A stretch of 64,000 nucleotides of DNA, from positions 15,398-79,397 of the forward strand of contig JBFGCA010000003.1 of assembly GCA_041567315.1 (NCBI GenBank). The letters are read 5' to 3'. Shown here piece by piece: positions 26,601 to 34,047 of the stretch. Position 1 is the first letter of the stretch, and every line of letters starts with the position of its first letter. The position numbers and the translations under genes were made by a program. Under the pieces are notes generated by a model, which made no database searches, was not told the origin of the DNA, and saw only the letters and a program-made list of their open reading frames with translations. Source of the DNA: Thermoanaerobaculia bacterium. GTDB lineage: Bacteria > Acidobacteriota > Thermoanaerobaculia > Multivoradales > JAHEKO01.

Positions 26601-26822
26601 ATGACGAAGGCTGAGCTGCAGGCAAAGGCTCTCGAGCTACCGGAGGAGGAACGTCGAGCGCTCGCCATGGTGCTTCTTGACAGCACGCTGCCGCCGCTCA
26701 CGCCGAAACAGCAGGCGCTCATCGAGGAGCGCCTCGCGTCCTACAACGGCGACCCCGACTCCTGGCTCAGCCAGGAAGAGTTCGACCAGCAGCTGAGGAA
26801 ACGCCTGTCGCGCGGCGCATGA
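26601..26822 (+). CDS. Addiction-module antitoxin (TIGR02574-like component)
   Basis: Track ORF. MTKAELQAKALELPEEERRALAMVLLDS...SWLSQEEF matches the usual pattern of this antitoxin family. The stop overlaps the toxin start as ATGA. Confidence 0.7.
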   Translation: MTKAELQAKALELPEEERRALAMVLLDSTLPPLTPKQQALIEERLASYNGDPDSWLSQEEFDQQLRKRLSRGA

Positions 26823-27112
26823 AGCGCCGTTACCAGTTCGGCGTCCTCGAAGAGGTTGCCGAGGCTGTCGAGTATCTGGAGAGCCGGCGCCCGGGTCTGG
26901 GCGTGCGGTTCCGTGCGTCGCTCGAACGCACCCTGGTCTTCATCGAAGCGTTCCCCGAAGCTGCACCCGTGGTCTACCGGCGGGCACGTCGAACGATTGT
27001 CGGCGACTTCCCGTAGAACGTGATCTACGAGTCACGCGGCGAGGCGTTGCTCATCATCGCGGTTCTTCACGGCGCCAGGGATCCACAAGAGTGGCGTCGG
27101 CGGGTGGGTTGA
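26819..27112 (+). pseudogene. ParE/RelE-family toxin interrupted by an in-frame TAG at codon 66
   Basis: Track ORF 26819..27016 ends ...RTIVGDFP-TAG. The same frame continues NVIYESRGEALLIIAVLHGARDPQEWRRRVG-TGA (to 27112). This is the conserved toxin C-terminus (..FPY.I.Y......I.AV.H..RDP..W), and the TAG sits where family members usually carry Tyr. Confidence 0.7.
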
Positions 27113-27375
27113 ACTGGTTCACGGCCCGGCAAGGCTCGGTTGACGACCGCGAAGAAGCCCGCGCCCGAGCTGGCGTGGTTGTTCTCGGAGCTGCCGACAG
27201 ACGGGGAGGAGCTGCGGTTCGAGTTCGAGCCGCTGGCCAAGACGCTGGCCGAGCTGGCGCTCAATCCGGCCAACCGGACGCCGTGGCGGAGTGGCTCCCA
27301 GCGCGGCTCGTGATCATTCTCGGGTGGGTTTCTCTCGGGGTAGGGTGAAAGGTCTTGTTACGGAAGGAGTCGAGA

Positions 27376-27426
27376 ATGAAGGTCCGCACCAAGGTCAAGG
27401 CCGGCGGCTTCGCCTGGGCCGACTAA
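27376..27426 (+). CDS. Tiny ORF, 16 aa (MKVRTKVKAGGFAWAD), speculative
   Basis: ATG 27376 preceded by GGAAGGAG at ideal spacing. TAA stop. Sits in a locally AT-richer, ORF-free gap. No other support. Confidence 0.2.
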   Translation: MKVRTKVKAGGFAWAD

Positions 27427-27497
27427 GGCCGGAGGCATTCCGCGCCACGCCCGGCACGGAGCCGCGCGCTCGGTGGATGGGCAGTCTGCAGGTGCCG

Positions 27498-28346
27498 TCA
27501 CGGCTTGCGGAAGCTCGTCACGGTCCGCAGGAGGTCGTGCAGGTAGGGCGCGCCGATGCTGGCCAGCAGGCCGGTCAGCAGCGAGCCGATGAACTGGTAG
27601 AGAAACTCCAGCAGGGTCGGCTTGGGCTGCGTCCAGATGGCGCCGACGCCGAAGTCCACCTCGCTGCGGAAACGGTCGAGCTCGGCTGCCCACGCCGCCC
27701 GGTCTCTGCCGAGGGCGGCGTGGTCTGTTTCTGCGCTCGGGCTCGGGTTCGCGGCCGGCGGCTCCGGGGTCGCCGGCGGATCCAGCGACCCTGCTGCCGC
27801 GGCCGGAGTGGCGGGCGGCTCCATCTCTTCGCCGTTCTCCTCCTGCCCCTCGGCCTGCTCCAGGACCTTGGCCACGTACTCGTCGGAGCTGAACTTGGTC
27901 CGCAGCTCGCCGTTCTCGTAGAGCGTCTGCCAGATGGTGAAGGCGTTGACGTTGAGCAGCAGGCAGAGCGCCGTGCCGCAAGCCAGGGTCAGGTTCTTCA
28001 TGCGCTTCTCGAAGGCGAAGTCGAGGGCCGACTTGTGAACCGCCAGGCGGGCCGCGAGGTCGGAGAGGTCGAGCCTCGAATTGATCTTTTGGAGGATCGG
28101 CTTGAGATTATTGGGGTCGAGCAGCTCGCCGCCGACGTTGCGCCAGTCGATGCCGCCGAGGGCCGACTCCAGTTTCTTGAGGGTCATGCCGGGCAGCGGG
28201 AGCAGCACCCGCTCCAGCTCGCGGCGGAAGTTCTGGCTGTAGTACTGCACGTGGTTCTTCACCACGCTGGTCAGGCTCTTGATGAGGAACGAGAGCAGCA
28301 GCATGACCACCGCGAAGCCGATGACGGTGTCGATGAGCGTCAGCAT
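27498..28346 (-). CDS. Hypothetical membrane protein (3 hydrophobic segments, acidic Pro-rich linker)
   Basis: Track ORF with clean GC3 codon usage. N-terminus MLTLIDTVIGFAVVMLLLSFLI, central LTLACGTALCLLLNVNAFTIW, C-terminal LLEFLYQFIGSLLTGLLASIGAP. No family recognised. Confidence 0.75.
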   Translation of the reverse strand: MLTLIDTVIGFAVVMLLLSFLIKSLTSVVKNHVQYYSQNFRRELERVLLPLPGMTLKKLESALGGIDWRNVGGELLDPNNLKPILQKINSRLDLSDLAARLAVHKSALDFAFEKRMKNLTLACGTALCLLLNVNAFTIWQTLYENGELRTKFSSDEYVAKVLEQAEGQEENGEEMEPPATPAAAAGSLDPPATPEPPAANPSPSAETDHAALGRDRAAWAAELDRFRSEVDFGVGAIWTQPKPTLLEFLYQFIGSLLTGLLASIGAPYLHDLLRTVTSFRKP

Positions 28347-28349
28347 GGC

Positions 28350-28877
28350 TCAGCCCTCCTCGCCCGACGCCGGAGCGACGGCGTCGATCGGAGTCGGTGG
28401 CCGGCCTGTGGGTGGACCGGCGCAGGCGCGGGTCGGGGGAGCGGCCATCAGACCGTTCTGCGAGAAGGGGCCGGCGCCGAACGCGAACAGCAGCAGCGGC
28501 ACGGTGACGGCCAGCGCCAGGTAGAGGCGGCGGTAGCCGTCCAGCTCGACGAGGGGCTTCAGCGCGCCGGCCACCGGCTCGGCCAGCGCGAGCTGCGGGT
28601 AGGCGCCGGCCAGGCTGTCCGCCGCCGGCAACAGAGCGAGATACAGCACCAGCCAGAGGGTGGCCAGCACCGCGATCGTCCAGCTCACACGGATCGGCGT
28701 CGACCAGTGATGGAACCCCTTGCCGCCCCGCCAGGCCGCGAGCGAGATCGCCAGCAGCGCCACCAGGCTCCACGCCAGGCGGCCGGCGCCGGCGACCAGT
28801 GCGCCGGCGATGGCCAGCGCCACCAGGGCGGCGGCGAGCCGTTGCCAGATGGACCAGGTCCTCCAGATCATCGTCAC
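28350..28877 (-). CDS. Hypothetical integral membrane protein (~4 TM helices)
   Basis: Track ORF with GGGAGG upstream of ATG 28877. The stop is 3 nt from the start of the downstream gene. No family recognised. Confidence 0.7.
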   Translation of the reverse strand: MTMIWRTWSIWQRLAAALVALAIAGALVAGAGRLAWSLVALLAISLAAWRGGKGFHHWSTPIRVSWTIAVLATLWLVLYLALLPAADSLAGAYPQLALAEPVAGALKPLVELDGYRRLYLALAVTVPLLLFAFGAGPFSQNGLMAAPPTRACAGPPTGRPPTPIDAVAPASGEEG

Positions 28878-29030
28878 CTCCCGGGTCTCGACGACCCTGC
28901 CGCGGCCGCCCGGGACGGGCAGCCGAGCGTAGTGCTTTGAGAGCTGGGGGCCATCTTAGCCCGGGCGGGACGACCCGGACGCCCCCGCCGGCCTCCGCCC
29001 GGTCCGGCCGAGGGCCCGACAGCCGGGGAT

Positions 29031-29060
29031 TTGACTAGAGGGCCGGGCTGGTACCAGACT
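29031..29060 (+). promoter_or_regulatory. Putative promoter of the orphan RHH gene
   Basis: TTGACT (29031-29036), 18 nt, CAGACT (29055-29060), 7 nt, ATG 29068. Geometry identical to 37848..37877. ACTGTAG is conserved in both. Confidence 0.45.
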
Positions 29061-29067
29061 GTAGGGG

Positions 29068-29358
29068 ATGGCCAAGCGGGACGCTCGCGCCTGGCGGCTC
29101 AACCGGGACTTGCAGACCTCGCTCGAGGAGATGGCGCGGCGGCGGCAGATGACCGTCGCCGAGCTGCTGGAGCGGATCAACCAGGAGTGGCTGGCCGAGA
29201 CGGCCGGCCGCAGACCGGGCCTGGCCCAGGCGTCCCGGCGCGCGGCGGGTGACCTGGTGGAGGCCGTCCGCGGCGAGGAGCGGCGCCGGGCCGCCGTGGC
29301 CCGCCCGCGGCCTCCCAGGCGGCCGCGAACCCGCCGCGGCCACGCGCCGGAGGAGTAG
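29068..29358 (+). CDS. Ribbon-helix-helix-type antitoxin paralog, orphan (no adjacent toxin)
   Basis: Track ORF. MAKRDARAWRLNRDLQTSLEEMARRRQMTVAELLERINQEWL aligns with MAKTEVYSWRVSRDLKLSLEEMARQRRVSVGKLLEQITEEWI of 37885..38178. Confidence 0.65.
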   Translation: MAKRDARAWRLNRDLQTSLEEMARRRQMTVAELLERINQEWLAETAGRRPGLAQASRRAAGDLVEAVRGEERRRAAVARPRPPRRPRTRRGHAPEE

Positions 29359-29418
29359 CGCCACCGGGTCCCCACTGCGGGGAGGGGGCCAGCGAGGGGC
29401 CCACTGTGGACGTGCGGG

Positions 29419-30015
29419 CTAGCGAGGTGCGCCCACCGCCACGACGTAGACCGGCTCGTGGTTCCGCGACAGGCCCAGCCCCTTGCGCAGCCTGGCCTTC
29501 CAGAACGCCCCGACCGCCACTCCGCCCAGCCCCAGCGCAACGGCCTCGAGGAGCAGGTTCTGGGCCGCGTGGCCGGCCTCCAGGTAGACGTAGCGGTAAG
29601 CGTCGGCTTTGCCGTATCTGCGCGCCGTCCGCTCGAACACCGCCGCGAACACGAAGACCGCCGGCGCCTCGAGAATCAGCTCCTGCTCGACGGCCGCGTC
29701 GTAGATCAGCCGCCGCGCGTCGGCGCCGGGCAGACGTTTCAGCCGATGGCCGTCCGGGTCGTAGTGGAAGAGCCCGTCCGCGGTCGCCACGTACGTTTCG
29801 AGCGGCCGCAGCCCGCCGGCCGACGGCGCCGTCCGGTCCCCCTCCTCGTTGGTCACTCCCTGCGCCGCCCAGAGGAGCTGCGACAGGTCGGCGGCGCTGA
29901 GCGCGCGTGCCGCGAACTCCCGCACCGACCGCCGGTGGGCCAGCGTGTGCTCGAGCGAGGTGCGCCCCCGGGTCCGCGGTGGTGGCAGTCGAGTCCAGTT
30001 CTTCCGGGGTGACAT
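29419..30015 (-). CDS. SagB-type / nitroreductase-family dehydrogenase
   Basis: Track ORF. RRSVREF, PSAGGLRPLETYV and YRYVYLEAGHAAQNLLLEAVALGLG. Confidence 0.8.
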   Translation of the reverse strand: MSPRKNWTRLPPPRTRGRTSLEHTLAHRRSVREFAARALSAADLSQLLWAAQGVTNEEGDRTAPSAGGLRPLETYVATADGLFHYDPDGHRLKRLPGADARRLIYDAAVEQELILEAPAVFVFAAVFERTARRYGKADAYRYVYLEAGHAAQNLLLEAVALGLGGVAVGAFWKARLRKGLGLSRNHEPVYVVAVGAPR

Positions 30016-30063
30016 CGCTCACTCCGCAGGGCGCCGGTACCAGGATACTCATTCGACCCTGCC

Positions 30064-30069
30064 TATAAT
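30064..30069 (+). promoter_or_regulatory. Perfect -10 box TATAAT upstream of the AsnB-like operon
   Basis: TATAAT lies 37 nt upstream of GTG 30107, with GAGGGAG as Shine-Dalgarno in between. Confidence 0.4.
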
Positions 30070-30106
30070 CCGCTGCGACAGTCAACCCGTCCCGAGGGAG
30101 ATTCCC

Positions 30107-31450
30107 GTGGCCACACCCCTGCACCGCGTCGTCAACCTGATCGATCCCGCGACCCAGGCCCTGGGGGCGGTCCCGCTTGCCACTGCCGAGGAGCTGCTGG
30201 TCCGCCGGCCGGAGGAGCTGGAGCGGCTGCCGGGGTCGTTCGCCCTGGTGGCGCGCGACGGCGAGCGGGTGCTGATGGCGCGCAGCCTGGACCGGCCGTT
30301 GCGCTACTTCCTGGCCAAGGAGCCGGACGGGCCGATGCTGGTGGTGGCCGAGCGCATCGACCAGATCCGCGACTTCCTGGCCGGCGAGGGCTACGCGCAT
30401 CAGTTCCACCCCAGCTACACGCGGATGGTGCCGGCGCACCACGTGACGACGCTGCGGCTGATCGGCTGTCCCGACCCCAATCCGACCCACCGGCGGTTCT
30501 TCGCGCCGCCGCGGGCGAGCGGCCCCGCCGATCTGGACGCGATCGGGGCGGCCTACGTCGGCGCCCTCTACGAGGAGGTGCGGCGGTGGGCGGCGCGGCT
30601 CGACGCCGGGGAGCCGATCGGCGTCCTCTTCTCGGGCGGGGTAGACAGCGGTGCGGTCCTCTTGTGCGTCGAGCGGGCGCTGCTCGATCTCGGTCAGAGC
30701 CCGGCGCGGCTCAAGGCGTTCACGCTGTCGGTGGAAGGCTCGGGTGCGGATCTCGAACAGGCGCGCGAGTTCCTGTGCCGCACCGACCGCGAGATGCTCC
30801 ACGAGGCCGTCGAGGTGGGGGAGGGCGATCTCGATCCTTTCGAGGCGGTGCGGGTCATCGAGGACTACAAGCCGCTCGACGTCGAGTGCGCCACCGTCGC
30901 CCTGGCCCTGCTGCGCGGCATCCGCGAGCGCTACCCCGACTGGCGGTACCTGGCCGACGGCGACGGCGGCGACGAGAACCTCAAGGACTACCCGGTCGAG
31001 GAGAACCCGGAGCTCACCATCCGCAGCGTGGTCAACAACTCGATGCTCTACCAGGAGGGCTGGGGGGTGGAGGCCGTCAAGCACTCGCTGACCTACAGCG
31101 GCGGCTTCAGCCGCTCGTGCGTGCGCACCTTTGCGCCGCTGCGGCGCTATGGCTTCCAGGGCTTCAGCCCGCTCACCCGGCCGGCGGTCGTCCGGGTCGC
31201 CGAGGCGATCCGGTTCGACGAGCTGACCCGCGGCTCGACCGCGGCGCTCTACCGGCTCAAGGGCGAGATCGTCCGCCGCGGCATGAAGGCGCTGTTCGAC
31301 CTCGACTTCCCGGTCTTCGAGAAGCGCCGCTTCCAGCACGGCGCGCTCGGCGGCGAGCTGTTCGCGCGCCGGTTCGGTGCCGACGGCGAACGCTACCGGG
31401 AGTACTTCGCCGAGCTGCATCGCGCCGCGCCGCGGGCGGCCTCCGCCTGA
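30107..31450 (+). CDS. Asparagine synthetase (AsnB)-family adenylating enzyme lacking the N-terminal catalytic Cys
   Basis: GTG 30107 inside track ORF 29849..31450. PP-loop GVLFSGGVDSGAVL. Degenerate glutaminase remnant GSFALVARDGERVLMARSLDRPLRYF. The N-terminus VATPLHRV lacks the MCG nucleophile. Confidence 0.75.
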   Translation: MATPLHRVVNLIDPATQALGAVPLATAEELLVRRPEELERLPGSFALVARDGERVLMARSLDRPLRYFLAKEPDGPMLVVAERIDQIRDFLAGEGYAHQFHPSYTRMVPAHHVTTLRLIGCPDPNPTHRRFFAPPRASGPADLDAIGAAYVGALYEEVRRWAARLDAGEPIGVLFSGGVDSGAVLLCVERALLDLGQSPARLKAFTLSVEGSGADLEQAREFLCRTDREMLHEAVEVGEGDLDPFEAVRVIEDYKPLDVECATVALALLRGIRERYPDWRYLADGDGGDENLKDYPVEENPELTIRSVVNNSMLYQEGWGVEAVKHSLTYSGGFSRSCVRTFAPLRRYGFQGFSPLTRPAVVRVAEAIRFDELTRGSTAALYRLKGEIVRRGMKALFDLDFPVFEKRRFQHGALGGELFARRFGADGERYREYFAELHRAAPRAASA

Positions 31451-31463
31451 TCGCGGCGACGAC

Positions 31464-32468
31464 GTGCCGCCGACCCGGACGAGCGCCGCGGGCGAGGACC
31501 GCCGCGTCCGCGCCCTGCGCCCTCCCAAGCCGGCCGTCGACCTCACCCGGCCGCTCGGCGTGCTGGTCGACAAGGAGCGCGGCGCCGCCGGTCCGCCGGT
31601 CGACTGCGTCACCGTCTTCCTGGCCGGGCGCGAGTGCCCGTTCACCTGCGTGTTCTGCGATCTGTGGCGGCACACCACCGACGGGCCGACCCCGGCGGGC
31701 GCCATCCCCCGGCAGCTCCGCCTGGCGCTGGAGGAGATCGGCGGGCTGCCGCCCGGGGCCCGTCTCAAGCTCTACAACGCCAGCAACTTCTTCGACGAGC
31801 TGGCGGTGCCGGGCGCCGACGACGACGAGATCCTGGGGCTCTGCGCGGGCGCGGCGCGCGTGGTCGTCGAGTGTCATCCGAAGCTGGTGGGGCGGCGGTG
31901 CTTCGAGTTCGCGGCGCGGCTCGGGGGCGAGCTGGAGGTGGCGATGGGTCTCGAAACGGTCCACCCCGAGGCGCTGCCGCGGCTCAACAAGAGGATGACC
32001 GTCGAAGACTTCGACCGGGCGGCGCGGCGGCTCACCGGGCGCGGCATCGCCGTGCGGGCGTTCGTGCTGATCGGGGTGCCGTTCGTGCCCTTCGACGATC
32101 AGGTGGAGTGGGCGGTCCGCTCGGTGGAGCACGCCCTGGAGGCGGGCGCCGGGGTGGTCTCGCTGATTCCGGTCCGCGGCGGCAACGGCGAGCTCGAACG
32201 GCTGGCCGCGGCGGGAGAGTTCCGCGAGCCGCGGCTGGATGAGGTCGAGGAGGCGTTCGAGCGGGCGCTCGCAGGAGCGCTGGATAGGGCACCGGACGGG
32301 GCGCTTGGCGGGGGCAGGGGAGTCGTCCAGCTCGACGTCTGGGACCTGGAGCGGCTCGGCGGTTGTCCGGGCTGCGCGGAGCGGCGCCGCGACCGCCTGG
32401 CGCGGATGGCCCTCAGCGGCGAGATCGAGCCGCGGGTCGGCTGTCCGGTCTGCGGTGGGGGCGGCTGA
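31464..32468 (+). CDS. Radical SAM protein (Elp3-type core) with C-terminal CxxC..CxxC zinc ribbon
   Basis: GTG 31464 inside track ORF 31377..32468. CX3CX2C cluster motif GRECPFTCVFCDLW. C-terminal CPGCAERRRDRLARMALSGEIEPRVGCPVCGG. Confidence 0.75.
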   Translation: MPPTRTSAAGEDRRVRALRPPKPAVDLTRPLGVLVDKERGAAGPPVDCVTVFLAGRECPFTCVFCDLWRHTTDGPTPAGAIPRQLRLALEEIGGLPPGARLKLYNASNFFDELAVPGADDDEILGLCAGAARVVVECHPKLVGRRCFEFAARLGGELEVAMGLETVHPEALPRLNKRMTVEDFDRAARRLTGRGIAVRAFVLIGVPFVPFDDQVEWAVRSVEHALEAGAGVVSLIPVRGGNGELERLAAAGEFREPRLDEVEEAFERALAGALDRAPDGALGGGRGVVQLDVWDLERLGGCPGCAERRRDRLARMALSGEIEPRVGCPVCGGGG

Positions 32469-32469
32469 G

Positions 32470-34047
32470 ATGGCCGACCGGTTCGACGTCGCGGTGGTGG
32501 GCTCGGGCTTCGCCGGCTCGATCCTGGCGCGCGCCCTGGCCAGCGCCGGCCGGCGGGTGGCGCTGGTCGAGCGCGCCCGCCATCCCCGCTTCGCCCTCGG
32601 CGAGTCGTCGACCCCGCTCGCCGCCATCGCGCTCGAGCGCCTCGCCCACGCCCACGACATGCCCGACCTGCTCGACCTGGCGAGCTACGGCCGCTGGCTG
32701 CGCCGCCATCCGGAGCTGCGGCGCGGGCTCAAGCGCGGCTTCACCTTCTACCCGCATCGCGCCGGCGAGCCCTACGCCAACGGGCCGCGCAACGAGGCGC
32801 GGCTGCTGGTGGCGGCGAGCCCCGACGACGAAGTGGCCGACAGCCACTGGCTGCGCGCCGACGTCGACGCCGAGTTGGTGCGCCGCGCCGTCGCCGTCGG
32901 CGTCGACTACCGTGACCGCACTGAACTGCGCGAAGCGGAGATCTCCGCGGCCGGCGTGCGGCTACGGGGCAGCCGGGAAGGCGATCCGCTCTCGATCGCC
33001 AGCGAGTTCGTGGTCGACGCCACCGGCGGCGCCGACTTCCTGGCCCGGCACCTGGAGCTCCCGTCGCGCCTCGACCGGGTGCCGTTCGCGAGCCGGCTGG
33101 TGGCCGCCCACTTCGAGGGCGTCCGGCCCTTCGCCGAGGTCGCCGCGGCCGCCGGGGCCGAGCTGCCCTCCGGCCCGTACCCGGACGACCTCGCCGCCGT
33201 GCACCACCTGACCGATCTCGGCTGGCTCTACGCCCTGCGCTTCGACCACGGCGTCACCAGCGCCGGCTTCGTCGTCGATTCGGCGAGGGCCACCAGGCTC
33301 GGCTTCGACTTCGACGCCGGAGACCCGGCCGGAACCTGGCACCGCCTGCTCGAACGCTACCCCTCGCTCCGCGGCCAGTTCGCCGGGGCCGGGCCGCGCG
33401 GCGCGATCGCCGTCACCCCGCGCCTGCAGCGCCGGCTGGGCGCCGCCGCAGGTCCGCGCTGGGCGCTGCTCCCGCACTCGTTCGCCTTCTTCGACCCCCT
33501 GTTCTCGACCGGCATCGCCTGGAGCCTGCTGGGCGTCGAGCGCCTCGCCGCGCTGCTGGCCGACGGCCTCCCCGACGTCGCCGGCCTCCGGGCCTACGAG
33601 ACGCTCCTCGCCGACGAAGCCGAGCACCTGCAGGCCCTTCTCGCCAGCGCCTACCGCCGCTTCGAGGACTTCGGCGCCTTCACCTCGGTGGCCCTGGTCT
33701 ACTTCGCCGCCGCCAGCTTCAACGAGGTCCGCCAGCGCCTCCTGCCGCCGCCCGAGGGCCTCCCTTCCTGGGCCTGGGACGGCTTCCTCGGCGCCCGCGA
33801 TCCGCTGCTCCAGCGGCTCGCGCGAGACGCCGCCACCGCCGGCCCCGACTCCTCCCGCTCGATCCGCGACGCCATCGCCCCGCGCAACGTCGCCGGCCTC
33901 GCCGATCCCGCCCGCCACAACCTCTACCCGGTCGACCTCGACGAACTGGTCCGCTATGCCGGCCTCCTCGGCATGACCGCGGCCGAGATGACCGCCGCCT
34001 TGCCCCGCCTCCGCGGCCGGACTTCCCGCCGCGTCGTCGCCGGCTAG
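32470..34047 (+). CDS. FAD-dependent oxidoreductase, flavin-halogenase/monooxygenase fold
   Basis: ATG 32470 inside track ORF 32239..34047, 1 nt after the upstream stop. Dinucleotide motif VAVVGSGFAGS. FALGESSTP resembles the GES..P motif of halogenase-like flavoenzymes. GWLYALRF occupies the place of WxWxIP. Confidence 0.75.
   Translation: MADRFDVAVVGSGFAGSILARALASAGRRVALVERARHPRFALGESSTPLAAIALERLAHAHDMPDLLDLASYGRWLRRHPELRRGLKRGFTFYPHRAGEPYANGPRNEARLLVAASPDDEVADSHWLRADVDAELVRRAVAVGVDYRDRTELREAEISAAGVRLRGSREGDPLSIASEFVVDATGGADFLARHLELPSRLDRVPFASRLVAAHFEGVRPFAEVAAAAGAELPSGPYPDDLAAVHHLTDLGWLYALRFDHGVTSAGFVVDSARATRLGFDFDAGDPAGTWHRLLERYPSLRGQFAGAGPRGAIAVTPRLQRRLGAAAGPRWALLPHSFAFFDPLFSTGIAWSLLGVERLAALLADGLPDVAGLRAYETLLADEAEHLQALLASAYRRFEDFGAFTSVALVYFAAASFNEVRQRLLPPPEGLPSWAWDGFLGARDPLLQRLARDAATAGPDSSRSIRDAIAPRNVAGLADPARHNLYPVDLDELVRYAGLLGMTAAEMTAALPRLRGRTSRRVVAG

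Noticed and set aside
27140-27313. A 57-codon TTG-initiated ORF (..ELRFEFEPLAKTLAELALNPANRTP..) reminiscent of the N-terminal segment preceding the P-loop of KAP-type NTPases.
   Set aside because: Too short and below the track threshold. No P-loop follows in any frame that I can align convincingly. At most a gene remnant, so not called.
27376-27426. The N-terminus MKVRTKVK of the tiny ORF resembles ribosomal protein bL36 (MKVRxSVK...).
   Set aside because: Only 16 codons, no Cys/His zinc-binding residues and no ribosomal gene context. Not rpmJ.
30107-31450. Possibility that the AsnB-like enzyme is a lasso-peptide cyclase.
   Set aside because: I found no transglutaminase-like leader protease, PqqD-like recognition element or plausible precursor peptide nearby. 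I kept it as a generic AsnB-family adenylating enzyme.
32470-34047. Calling the flavoprotein a halogenase.
   Set aside because: The WxWxIP motif characteristic of flavin-dependent halogenases is replaced by GWLYALRF. Only the fold-level assignment is supportable.
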